Position numbers and translations under genes: made by a program. From Maribacter sp. (lineage in GTDB: Bacteria > Bacteroidota > Bacteroidia > Flavobacteriales > Flavobacteriaceae): a DNA stretch of 54,860 nt. Positions 19,021-28,356 of this stretch are shown one piece after another (the stretch's first letter is position 1; each line of letters begins with the position of its first letter). The stretch covers positions 1 to 54,860 of the forward strand of contig JBLICT010000001.1 in the NCBI GenBank assembly GCA_047632415.1. The letters are read 5' to 3'. The notes below the pieces were generated by a model, which saw nothing but the letters and a program-made list of their open reading frames with translations, was not told the origin of the DNA and searched no databases.

Positions 19021-20490
19021 ATGTTCAAACTATTTACCAGGCTTCAATGGAAGTCGTTTTTCCGCTCTTCTACGTTTGGTAAGAGCCTTGGGATTAAAAT
19101 CCTTATGGGTTTTTTCGGAGTGATGATGCTTTTTTATCTAGCTGCAGCGGGTGGTGGCATGTATTTTATCCTTAAAAAGATATTTCCTAATCAAAGTCCC
19201 ATGTGGACTATCAGTCAATATTTTATTTATTGGATACTCATAGAGCTGTTCTTGCGCTACTTTATGCAAAAACTCCCGGTAATGGATATAAAACCTTTTC
19301 TCACTACGCCAGTAAAGAAAAGCGCTATTGCCCATTATATTTTAGGTCGGTCCGGAGTATCTATCTACAACTTATTGTCGCTCTTTTTCTTTGTACCCTT
19401 TGCTATTGTGCTGTTGTTTCACGGATACCCTGTATTGAACGTGCTGCTATGGGTTGTGGCTATTTTCGCCATTGTGCTCTGTGTAAACTATATCAACTTG
19501 CTCATAAACAAGAACGACAAGGCTTTAATTACAATCGGCGGCCTTATTGTCTTAGGATATGCACTGGATTACTTTCAGGTATTTGATGTAAAGGCATTCT
19601 TTGCCCCTATGTTCCACGCATTGTATGCCTATCCGTTGGCGACTCTAGTGCCTGTTGGCTTTGCAGCGCTTATTTATTATGTCAATTACAAGTACCTAAG
19701 AGCAAAAATTTATTTGGATGCTACCCTAAAGCCCAAAACCATTAAGGCGAATACAAGCGATATGGCATGGGCCAAGAAATTTGGCGAAATGGGCCCTTTT
19801 TTACAACTTGACCTTAAAATGATATGGCGTAACAAGCGCACCAAGAGCCAAGTGTTTATTTCTTTATTGTTTGTTTTTTACGGATTGATATTTTACACTC
19901 AAGATATTTATTCTGATATGATGCCCATGAAAGTATTTTTAGGGGTGTTTATGACGGGTATTTTTCTGAGTAATTTCGGGCAGTTTATTCCAGCATGGGA
20001 CTGTAGTTATTATTCGATGATGATGTCTCAGAATATTCCGCTACGTAAGTATTTGGAATCAAAAGCTACTTTGATATCTGTAAGCGTGGCGGTCATGTTT
20101 TTGCTTACCATCCCCTATATTTACTTTGGTTGGGAGGCCTTGGCTATTAATTTTGCATGCGCATTATATAATTTAGGAGTTAATATACCGGTCATTCTAT
20201 TTTTCGGTTCATTTAATAAAAAACGAATCGAGTTGGACCAAAGTCCGTTCGGGAATATGCAAGGTACCAGTGCTACTCAGTTTTTGATTATGCTACCTGT
20301 ATTGATTGCCCCTATCGTATTGTTTTCTATTTTTTATTATGCGATTTCCTTTAAGGCTGCCATTATCGTTTTATCCGTTTTGGGAGTCATTGGGTTTTCC
20401 ATGAAGAATTACTTATTAAACCTAATTACGGAGCAATACAGAAAAAAGAAGTACGGTATGATTGCAGGGTTTAAGGAAAAAGCGAGTTGA
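19021..20490 (+). CDS. DUF5687-family ABC-type permease-like membrane protein
   Basis: About 12 TM segments, with LQWKSFFRS and LKMIWRNKR. Precedes an ABC ATPase. Confidence 0.8.
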   Translation: MFKLFTRLQWKSFFRSSTFGKSLGIKILMGFFGVMMLFYLAAAGGGMYFILKKIFPNQSPMWTISQYFIYWILIELFLRYFMQKLPVMDIKPFLTTPVKKSAIAHYILGRSGVSIYNLLSLFFFVPFAIVLLFHGYPVLNVLLWVVAIFAIVLCVNYINLLINKNDKALITIGGLIVLGYALDYFQVFDVKAFFAPMFHALYAYPLATLVPVGFAALIYYVNYKYLRAKIYLDATLKPKTIKANTSDMAWAKKFGEMGPFLQLDLKMIWRNKRTKSQVFISLLFVFYGLIFYTQDIYSDMMPMKVFLGVFMTGIFLSNFGQFIPAWDCSYYSMMMSQNIPLRKYLESKATLISVSVAVMFLLTIPYIYFGWEALAINFACALYNLGVNIPVILFFGSFNKKRIELDQSPFGNMQGTSATQFLIMLPVLIAPIVLFSIFYYAISFKAAIIVLSVLGVIGFSMKNYLLNLITEQYRKKKYGMIAGFKEKAS

Positions 20491-20554
20491 TTTTCTTGTA
20501 GACAAGTGATAACATTGTATTGAAGGCATCTACTAATATATTTATTTTACAACC

Positions 20555-21250
20555 ATGATAATAACTGAAAAATTAACCAAGAAGTACGGAAAGCAAACCG
20601 TGCTTAGTATAGAACACCTAGAAATACCTAAAGGACAAAGTTTTGGCTTAGTGGGCAATAACGGAGCAGGTAAAACAACATTTTTTAGCCTTTTGTTAGA
20701 TTTGATTCAGCCAAGTTCTGGTCATATTACTTCTAACGGAGTTCAAGTGAACACTAGCGAAGAATGGAAACCTTTTACTTCATCTTTTATAGATGAGAGT
20801 TTCTTAATTGGCTACTTGACACCAGAAGAATACTTTTACTTTATTGGTGACCTAAGAGGGGCTAATAAAGCTGATGTAAATGCGCTATTAGAGCAGTTTC
20901 AAGACTTTTTCCATGGCGAAATCTTGGGACAGAAGAAATATTTACGTGATCTCTCCAAAGGAAATCAGAAAAAAGCAGGTATAGTGGCCTCTTTTATTGG
21001 AAACCCGGAAGTCGTTATTTTGGATGAGCCTTTCGCAAATTTGGACCCCACCACACAGATTCGATTAAAAGGAATCATTAAGGATTTAGCAGCCAAAGAC
21101 AATGTAACCGTTTTGGTTTCCAGTCATGACTTAATTCACGTGACCGAAGTCTGTGAGCGTATTGTGGTCTTGAACAAAGGGGTGGTGGTAAAGGATATTC
21201 AAACCTCTACCGAAACCCTAAAGGAGTTGGAGACGTTTTTTGCAGGGTAG
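20555..21250 (+). CDS. ABC transporter ATP-binding protein
   Basis: Walker A GNNGAGKTT, signature LSKGN, Walker B ILDEP and SSH. Confidence 0.93.
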   Translation: MIITEKLTKKYGKQTVLSIEHLEIPKGQSFGLVGNNGAGKTTFFSLLLDLIQPSSGHITSNGVQVNTSEEWKPFTSSFIDESFLIGYLTPEEYFYFIGDLRGANKADVNALLEQFQDFFHGEILGQKKYLRDLSKGNQKKAGIVASFIGNPEVVILDEPFANLDPTTQIRLKGIIKDLAAKDNVTVLVSSHDLIHVTEVCERIVVLNKGVVVKDIQTSTETLKELETFFAG

Positions 21251-21325
21251 TTATTTTTTCCACCCATAGTTTCATGAAATATGGGTAGCAATACTGCAGA
21301 CCGTGCGCAAACAAGAGGATAATGA

Positions 21326-21508
21326 TCAAATAATATAGTCAATGCATCTCTTATCGGCTTCTGTATAGGTATAGTAGTGTATAGTGCAGTGAAAAATGGA
21401 TTTGGGTTTTTTACGTTTCTCCCGATGGTTTTTGTGTATTTCTTATCAAAGAACGGAAAAAACATTTAGGCATTAGACCAAGAATTAAAGTCACGAAACT
21501 TAATATAG
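21326..21508 (+). pseudogene. Relic of a small two-TM Bacteroidetes membrane protein
   Basis: Frame reads *SNNIVNASLIGFCIGIVVYSAVKNGFGFFTFLPMVFVYFLSKNGKNI*ALDQELKSRNLI*. No start codon, internal TAG at 21467. Confidence 0.65.
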
Positions 21509-21825
21509 TAAAAGATGAATTATCTACAAATTTATACAAGTTAGGGTCTATCCTTATTGCGCCCACCCTTATAAGCCATCATACCTAAATCGAAAAATAG
21601 GGCTATACAATGGGGTCATATCACCGCAACACATACGTTTGATATGATTTTATTCAGAGTTTCAAGTCATACATAGCTCTACATACGAACTATTAGGAAC
21701 GGATTATCGATTTGAACATTGACCATAACCGACAGATCAGAGCTAGATCTTGTATTACAGTTTATCGCTTTAATTTAAACCCTACTATGAGGGGGCAGTC
21801 TTAATACTTGGGTTTGAACTTAACA

Positions 21826-21843
21826 ACCGACCACTCCGTCGGT
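21826..21843. promoter_or_regulatory. Putative TetR operator, copy 4
   Basis: ACCGACC-ACTC-CGTCGGT, a 17/18 match to the reverse complement of copy 2. Confidence 0.7.
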
Positions 21844-21951
21844 TTTTAGAGGGTATGTTTCAGCCGAGTTAGGAAAATCCATAGACAGCAAGAGAGAAAG
21901 TATCGTTCAACAGTTGGTTTAGTTGATTTTATCGACCAAAAAAAAACCCAA

Positions 21952-21969
21952 ACAGACTGCTCGGTCGGT
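21952..21969. promoter_or_regulatory. Putative TetR operator, copy 5
   Basis: ACAGACT-GCTC-GGTCGGT. Abuts a minus-strand TAGATTTG -7 element at 21971-21978. Confidence 0.65.
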
Positions 21970-22092
21970 ACAAATCTAAAACTTGAAAGAGAATAGCTTC
22001 TTTCTGCAAGAAAAAAAAACTCCCTTTTACCGATGAACTGTATAATAATATGGTTGTTTTTAAGTTAACCATACATACGTATACAGATAATT

Positions 22093-24645
22093 TTGACGCT
22101 TAAACAAAGATACATTTCGGCCCTACTTTTAGGAACACTGCTATTTAGCGCATGCTCCACGAAAAAGGATGCGGCAATTAACCGTAACTGGCACGCTTTA
22201 AACACAAAGTATAATACCTTATACAATGGTAATATTGCTTTTGAGGAAGGCCGTGTCGCGTTAAATGACAGCTACCGAGACGACTATTGGGAAGTGTTAC
22301 CCATAGAGCGTTTGGAAGTGACTGGAGAAGTGAAGCTAGATTCCGAAGATAACAACCCTAATTTTTTATTGGCAGAGGAAAAAGCGACAAAGGCCATTCA
22401 GCGCCATAGTATGGACATTAAGGACGAAGAGCGTAATCCACAGATCGATGAAGCTTTTCTACTTCTTGGAAAAGCTCGCTATTTTGACGAACGTTACATT
22501 CCTGCCTTAGAGGCCTTCAATTACATTCTGAATAAGTATTCGCAAAGCGATAAATTGAACGAGGCCACCATTTGGAGAGAGAAAACCAATATTAGACTGG
22601 AAAACGAGGATTTGGCGATTAGGAATTTGAAGCGTCTTATGAAATATGAGACGTTAAAGGACCAGGAGTATGCTGATGCTCGGGCTATGTTGGCCCAAGC
22701 GTACATTAATTTAATGGTACCGGATACGGCAATCCAACAATTAAAGATAGCATCCTATTACACCCAAAAAAACCCAGAAAAAGGCAGATACTATTACATC
22801 ATAGGTCAGTTATACAACGAAATAGGCCATAAAGACAGCGCTAATTATGCCTATGATAAGGTGATTGAGTTAAACAGGAAATCGCCAAGGGTTTACATGA
22901 TAAATTCAGAAATTCAGAAAATAAGGAATACGGTTATTACGGAAGAAAATAAGGAAGAAGTACTGGAATACCTGACATGGTTGGAAGAAAATCGTGAAAA
23001 CAGACCATTTTTGGATAAAATCTTCCGTCAAGTGGCTGAATTTCATTTGGAGCAAGAGTCCGATAGTCTAGCGGTAGCCTATTTCAATAAATCGCTTCGG
23101 GCGACACAAAATACACCCAAATTAAATGCGTTGAACTACGAGAATCTGGCGGAGTACAATTTTGACCGGAACGGATATAAAGATGCAGGAGCCTATTATG
23201 ATAGCGTCTTGCCCAATTTGGATGAGAATTCAAAAAAATACAGAATCGTTAAAAGGAAGTTGGACAATTTGGAAGATGTTATCAAATACGAAGATATCGT
23301 TCAATATACAGATAGTGTGATTACACTTTACGAACTGCCGGTAGACGACCGTATCGCATATTTTGAAAATCATATTTCCGAACTAAAAATAGCGCAAGAA
23401 GCAGCACAAAAAAAAGAAAAAGACAAGATAACAGAAGGATTTGCATCGTTTTCAAAAAGTAAGGGTGGTAAGGAAAATAAAGGTAAATTCTACTTCTATA
23501 ATATTACCAGTCTTGGTTATGGCCAAAATGAGTTTAAGAACAGATGGGGCAATAGGGAACTGTCCGATGACTGGCGTTGGTCCGACAAAGCCATTGCAAA
23601 AGTGTCAGAAGCAACCGGAGAACTTGTTGCGGAACTTCCGTCCGATGCGCAGCTGACCGAAGACGAAAAATTCTCCTTGGATTTCTATATGGATCGTGTA
23701 CCCAAAGAAGTAACGGTTATAGATAGTCTAAGAACGGAGCGTAATTTTGCGAATTATCAATTGGGTTTAATCTATAAGGAAAAGTTTAAGGAAAACCTTT
23801 TGGCGGCTGGGAAGTTAGAGAATGTATTGGAATCCAACCCGGAGGAACGTTTGGTTCTTCCATCAAAATATAACTTGTATAAAATATATGAGGAAGAAGG
23901 CAGTCCGTTAACGGCTTCGATGAAGGCAGATATCATAGCGAATCATTCAGATTCTCGCTACGCGGAAATACTCTTGAATCCTCAAGCGGTGTTGGCAAAT
24001 GATTCCGACAGTCCGGAGAAACGCTATCAAAATTTATATAAAAAATACAACAATCAGGAATTTCTTCAAGTAATTACTGCATCGGAAGAAAACATCAATA
24101 GATTTACAGGGGATGCTATTGTGCCAAAATTTGAAATGCTTAAGGCCAATGCTGTTGGAAGACTACAGGGTTTTGAAGATTTCAAGGAAGCCTTAAATTA
24201 TGTGGCGCTTACCTATCCTAACAATCCAGAAGGGAAAAAGGCAGAGCAGATGATTTCGGAGCAGTTGCCAAAATTAGAACCCAAAGAATTTTCTCCTGAG
24301 ACAGACTCTAAAGGAACTTCTAATTGGAAGGTGATGTTCCCTTTTAAAAGGAGTAACAACGAAAAAGCCTTAAAATTGATGGAGTTATTGGAGAAATCCA
24401 TCACAGACCTGAAATATAGAAATAGTGTGTCCAAGGATATTTACAATTTGGAAGACCAGTTTGTTGTTGTGCATGGCTTTAAATCAAAAGAATTTGCCCT
24501 GGGTTACGCAGAGCTTTTAAAAAACAATAAGGATTACCGAGTTGCTGATAAGAATTTTGTAATTTTATCGGAGAACTATAAGGTAATTCAAGTACATAAG
24601 AACTTACAAGACTATCTAAATACGCTTATAACCCCAAAACCCTAA
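22093..24645 (+). CDS. sprE: T9SS/gliding motility TPR lipoprotein SprE (PorW family)
   Basis: Lipobox LFSAC, KYNTLYNG, KATKAIQRHSM, TPRs, FYFYN and WGNRELSDDWR. Upstream of bactofilin/atp genes as in flavobacteria. Confidence 0.85.
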   Translation: MTLKQRYISALLLGTLLFSACSTKKDAAINRNWHALNTKYNTLYNGNIAFEEGRVALNDSYRDDYWEVLPIERLEVTGEVKLDSEDNNPNFLLAEEKATKAIQRHSMDIKDEERNPQIDEAFLLLGKARYFDERYIPALEAFNYILNKYSQSDKLNEATIWREKTNIRLENEDLAIRNLKRLMKYETLKDQEYADARAMLAQAYINLMVPDTAIQQLKIASYYTQKNPEKGRYYYIIGQLYNEIGHKDSANYAYDKVIELNRKSPRVYMINSEIQKIRNTVITEENKEEVLEYLTWLEENRENRPFLDKIFRQVAEFHLEQESDSLAVAYFNKSLRATQNTPKLNALNYENLAEYNFDRNGYKDAGAYYDSVLPNLDENSKKYRIVKRKLDNLEDVIKYEDIVQYTDSVITLYELPVDDRIAYFENHISELKIAQEAAQKKEKDKITEGFASFSKSKGGKENKGKFYFYNITSLGYGQNEFKNRWGNRELSDDWRWSDKAIAKVSEATGELVAELPSDAQLTEDEKFSLDFYMDRVPKEVTVIDSLRTERNFANYQLGLIYKEKFKENLLAAGKLENVLESNPEERLVLPSKYNLYKIYEEEGSPLTASMKADIIANHSDSRYAEILLNPQAVLANDSDSPEKRYQNLYKKYNNQEFLQVITASEENINRFTGDAIVPKFEMLKANAVGRLQGFEDFKEALNYVALTYPNNPEGKKAEQMISEQLPKLEPKEFSPETDSKGTSNWKVMFPFKRSNNEKALKLMELLEKSITDLKYRNSVSKDIYNLEDQFVVVHGFKSKEFALGYAELLKNNKDYRVADKNFVILSENYKVIQVHKNLQDYLNTLITPKP

Positions 24646-24649
24646 ATCC

Positions 24650-25075
24650 ATGTTTTCAGATAAACAAAAACCTAGAGCTATGAACGAAGTAGGAGGACAA
24701 CCCAACAGAATTGAGAAAAACACAAAAATCAAAGGAGATATTATTTCCGAAGCCGATTTCCGTATTGATGGTAAATTGGATGGTAACGTAAAAACCTCTG
24801 GTAAAGTAGTGATCGGAAAGGACGGTTACATTCACGGAAAAGTAGAATGTGTAAATGCGGATATAGAAGGGAGCTTTAACGGCGAACTTTTGGTTTCTGA
24901 TTTATTATCCTTAAAGTCATCTGCGGTAATAGAAGGAACGGTATCGGTTAGTAAACTTGCCGTAGAACCAGGAGCTACTTTTAATGCTTCTTGTACCATG
25001 AAAGGTAGTGCAGGCGCTATGAGCTCAAATTCTGGAAGCTTCAAAGCTAAAAATGAGCCAGCAAAAGCCTCGTAA
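24650..25075 (+). CDS. Bactofilin / polymer-forming cytoskeletal protein
   Basis: Beta-helix repeats IKGDI, RIDGKLDGNV, IEGTV and LAVEPGATFNASC. Confidence 0.9.
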   Translation: MFSDKQKPRAMNEVGGQPNRIEKNTKIKGDIISEADFRIDGKLDGNVKTSGKVVIGKDGYIHGKVECVNADIEGSFNGELLVSDLLSLKSSAVIEGTVSVSKLAVEPGATFNASCTMKGSAGAMSSNSGSFKAKNEPAKAS

Positions 25076-25277
25076 AGATAATAAGGGCCTTAGAAACGCC
25101 GCAAGACTATCTGGGATAGCAATCCAGATGGGTGCTACCATATATTTAGGAAATCTTTTGGGTTCGTGGCTAGACAGTAAATTCGATAAAACCTTTTGGG
25201 AAGCAACCTGCACGCTTTTAGCTATTGCCTTATCCATGTATTCCGTTATTAAACAGGCAAATCAACTTAATAGGTAG
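25053..25277 (+). CDS. AtpZ/AtpI-family protein (ATPase gene 1)
   Basis: Motif GIAIQMGATI...GSWLDSKF with two TM segments, upstream of atpB. Confidence 0.85.
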   Translation: MSQQKPRKDNKGLRNAARLSGIAIQMGATIYLGNLLGSWLDSKFDKTFWEATCTLLAIALSMYSVIKQANQLNR

Positions 25278-25280
25278 GTT

Positions 25281-25682
25281 TTGATAAAAAAATTGATAAT
25301 CTATTTAGTGGTCTTTGGGGTACTTTTGGTTTGTGGTTCCTACGTACATCTATATTTTTTGGGAGCTGAAGTTAGCTCCTTGAATTTTTTTGTAAGCAAC
25401 ATTTACCTATTCCACGCTGTGTTTTCTTTTCTGCTTTGTAGTGTGTTTTATGTGTTGTCAAACATTCACAAATTCCAGCATCAGCTTGGTTTTCTTTACC
25501 TCGGGGCATTGCTTTTTAAATTACTAACCTTTTCCGTTATTTTCTATTCCGTGTTGTTCCAGCAGGAAACCTTGAGCAATAATGAACGTCTCTCCCTTCT
25601 AATTCCTGTGTTTATTTTTATGGTTCCAGAGCTATACTTTATCTCCAAAATATTATTGAAAATACACCCAGTTAAGAATTAG
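25281..25682 (+). CDS. Four-TM AtpI-like membrane protein (DUF6168-like)
   Basis: Hydrophobic 133-aa protein with LGFLYL...FKL. Lies between atpZ and atpB. Confidence 0.7.
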   Translation: MIKKLIIYLVVFGVLLVCGSYVHLYFLGAEVSSLNFFVSNIYLFHAVFSFLLCSVFYVLSNIHKFQHQLGFLYLGALLFKLLTFSVIFYSVLFQQETLSNNERLSLLIPVFIFMVPELYFISKILLKIHPVKN

Positions 25683-25715
25683 GGAAAAAAAATTAGAAAA
25701 TTATTTTTTAATAGG

Positions 25716-25723
25716 TACCTTTG
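25716..25723 (+). promoter_or_regulatory. Internal -7 promoter element upstream of atpB
   Basis: TACCTTTG ends 31 bp before the atpB ATG. Confidence 0.65.
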
Positions 25724-25754
25724 CGCGACTTTTAGAAAGACATATTTTGAAAGA

Positions 25755-26939
25755 ATGGCAATGAAAAAAGCATCTACATATTTTAGTAAATTAATTACCA
25801 CTTTAATTCTTTTAACTGTGGTCACTGGTTTTTCCAATTCAGAGTCTGATGAGGAAGGCCAAGTAGACACAAGGGATGAGATAAAGAAGTACATAGATCA
25901 TCACATAAAAGATTCTCACGATTTTCATCTATTTTCTTATTCAAATGATGCAGGAGAGCGTAAGCACATCGGTTTTCCGCTACCGATAATCGTTTGGTCT
26001 TCTGAAGGCTTAGTTGCTTTTATGTCGTCTGCATTTCATCACGATGATAATGGTGAGGTCATTGTAGAGAAAAATGGCACTAAATTTGCGAAATTGCACA
26101 GTAAAATATATGAGCTCAATAGGGGTGAGACCGCAATTACTTTTGATGAAGAGGAGCATGCTTCGAATGCAAGTAAGGTTTTGGATTTTTCAATTACAAA
26201 AAGTGTGGTCGGTGTGCTGTTGGTAGGATTGTTAATGCTACTAGCTTTTTCATCTTTGGGACGTCAATACAAAAACAAAAAAGTTCCTACCGGTTTTGGT
26301 AGAGTATTGGAGCCGTTGGTGCTTTATGTACGAGACGAAATTTCAAGACCTAATATCGGCGAAAAACATTACAGAAAATTTACCGGATATCTCTTAACGG
26401 TATTCTTTTTTATATGGATACTAAATTTATTGGGTTTAACTCCATTTGGTTTTAATGTTACTGGGCAGTTGGCGGTAACGGCTTGTTTGGCAATTTTCAC
26501 TTTAGTTATTTACACAGTCAGCGGTAATAAAGATTATTGGATGCACATCTTGTGGATGCCAGGAGTGCCATATCTTATCAGACCTGTACTAGCTGTTATA
26601 GAATTAGCTGGAGCTTTGATTATAAAGCCTTTCTCATTATTGGTACGTCTTTTTGCAAATATATCCGCAGGGCATATTGTAGTAATGAGTTTAATAGCGA
26701 TTATGTTTACGTTAAAGGAAACGTTGGGTGTAGCTGGAGCAACGGTCTTGTCGTTTATTTTATCCTTCTTTATTACATTAATTGAAGTTTTGGTTGCCTT
26801 TTTACAGGCATATATATTTACAATGCTTTCAGCACTGTTCATTGGAATGGCAGTTGCTGAACACGATCATGATCATGCACATGATAAGAATGGTCATGAA
26901 GTGGTGGATGCTGAGGATGTTCGTGAAAATTTTATTTAG
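25755..26939 (+). CDS. atpB: F0F1 ATP synthase subunit a
   Basis: Motifs KPFSLLVRLFANISAGH and LVAFLQAYIFTMLS. Bacteroidetes-type long N-terminus. Confidence 0.97.
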   Translation: MAMKKASTYFSKLITTLILLTVVTGFSNSESDEEGQVDTRDEIKKYIDHHIKDSHDFHLFSYSNDAGERKHIGFPLPIIVWSSEGLVAFMSSAFHHDDNGEVIVEKNGTKFAKLHSKIYELNRGETAITFDEEEHASNASKVLDFSITKSVVGVLLVGLLMLLAFSSLGRQYKNKKVPTGFGRVLEPLVLYVRDEISRPNIGEKHYRKFTGYLLTVFFFIWILNLLGLTPFGFNVTGQLAVTACLAIFTLVIYTVSGNKDYWMHILWMPGVPYLIRPVLAVIELAGALIIKPFSLLVRLFANISAGHIVVMSLIAIMFTLKETLGVAGATVLSFILSFFITLIEVLVAFLQAYIFTMLSALFIGMAVAEHDHDHAHDKNGHEVVDAEDVRENFI

Positions 26940-26951
26940 AGTTTTTTTTAA

Positions 26952-27161
<210 letters not shown>

Positions 27162-27184
27162 GAACAAAAACTAGTAAAGACATT

Positions 27185-27210
27185 TTCCTGCAACGGTTGG
27201 TTGCAGGGAA
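27185..27210 (+). other. Strong stem-loop between atpE and atpF
   Basis: TTCCTGCAAC-GGTTG-GTTGCAGGGAA, with no clean U tract directly after it. Confidence 0.6.
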
Positions 27211-27248
27211 TTGTTTTAATTGAAAAATAAGAAGTAGAATTTTAAGTT

Positions 27249-27749
27249 ATGGAAACTTTAATAAACGATTTTTCTCCGGGGTTATTTGTAGTGCAGACAA
27301 TTCTTTTATTAGGATTGATTTTGCTATTGGTAAAATTTGCCTGGAAGCCTATATTAAGTTCATTGAACGAACGTGAGGAAGGTATTACCAATGCTTTAGA
27401 AGCCGCCGAGAACGCCCGTAAAGAAATGCAAAATCTTCAGGCGGACAATGACAAGCTTTTAAAGGAAGCCCGTGCAGAGCGTGAGGCTATGCTCAAAGAG
27501 GCAAGAGAGATAAAAGATAGGTTGATTTCCGATTCTAAGGAGCAGGCAAAGATTGAAGGCGATAAAATTGTACTTCAAGCGCAAGCCGCTATTGAAAGCG
27601 AAAAGAAAGCTGCTATGGCCGATATTAAAAGTCAAGTTGCCGAGCTATCCGTTGCCATTGCTGAGAAGGTAATTAAGCAGGAACTTTCTAATAAAGACAA
27701 GCAATTGAAATTGGTTGACGAGCTTTTGGGAGATATCAAATTGAAGTAA
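27249..27749 (+). CDS. atpF: F0F1 ATP synthase subunit b
   Basis: N-terminal TM, KFAWKPI..ERE and coiled coil. Confidence 0.96.
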   Translation: METLINDFSPGLFVVQTILLLGLILLLVKFAWKPILSSLNEREEGITNALEAAENARKEMQNLQADNDKLLKEARAEREAMLKEAREIKDRLISDSKEQAKIEGDKIVLQAQAAIESEKKAAMADIKSQVAELSVAIAEKVIKQELSNKDKQLKLVDELLGDIKLK

Positions 27750-27755
27750 GAAAGC

Positions 27756-28295
27756 ATGAGTGAATCTAGAGCAGCAATACGTTACGCCAAGGCCATCTTG
27801 GATTTGGCGGTAGATAAAAAGGCTACGGATGCCGTGGAGAAGGATATGCGTTCTGTTTTGGCTACTATTTCCGATAGTGCCGAGCTAGGGCAACTAGTAT
27901 CTAGCCCAGTAATTTCTGGCCCTAAGAAAAAGGATATTCTATTAAAAATATTTAAGGGGAGTCACGCCATTTCAGAAGGATTGATTGGAATGTTGGTAGA
28001 TAATAAAAGAGTTTCCATTTTATATGAGGTGGCTTTAAAGTATATTATTCTTAATGAGCAACAGAAAGGAAAGGATGTAGTCTATGTGACTACGGCCGTA
28101 CCAATGGATGCTGCAATGGAAAAAAAGATTTTAAAACAGGTGACTAATATTACAGGAAATAAGGTCACTGTAGAGAATACCGTAGATGAAAGCATCATTG
28201 GCGGTTTTGTTTTGCGTGTTGGTGATTTACAGTATGATGCTAGCATCTCCAATAAACTGAATAATTTAAAAAGAGAATTTACAAATAGTCTATAA
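27756..28295 (+). CDS. atpH: F1 subunit delta
   Basis: Motifs RYAKA and IIGGFVLRVGDLQYDAS. Confidence 0.96.
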   Translation: MSESRAAIRYAKAILDLAVDKKATDAVEKDMRSVLATISDSAELGQLVSSPVISGPKKKDILLKIFKGSHAISEGLIGMLVDNKRVSILYEVALKYIILNEQQKGKDVVYVTTAVPMDAAMEKKILKQVTNITGNKVTVENTVDESIIGGFVLRVGDLQYDASISNKLNNLKREFTNSL

Positions 28296-28316
28296 ATAAC
28301 TATAATTGGACAATGG

Positions 28317-28351
28317 CGTCTAACGTCTAACGTCTAATATCTAACGTCTAG
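28317..28351 (+). repeat. Heptamer tandem repeat (CGTCTAA)x5, imperfect
   Basis: CGTCTAA CGTCTAA CGTCTAA TATCTAA CGTCTAG, ending 5 bp before the atpA ATG. Confidence 0.9.
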
Positions 28352-28356
28352 TAAAC

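Noticed and set aside
21727-21969. ACCGAC-containing repeats as a mini CRISPR array
   Set aside because: Spacing is irregular (about 98 and 126 bp), the repeats are only 18 bp and degenerate, and there are no cas genes. An operator explanation fits better.
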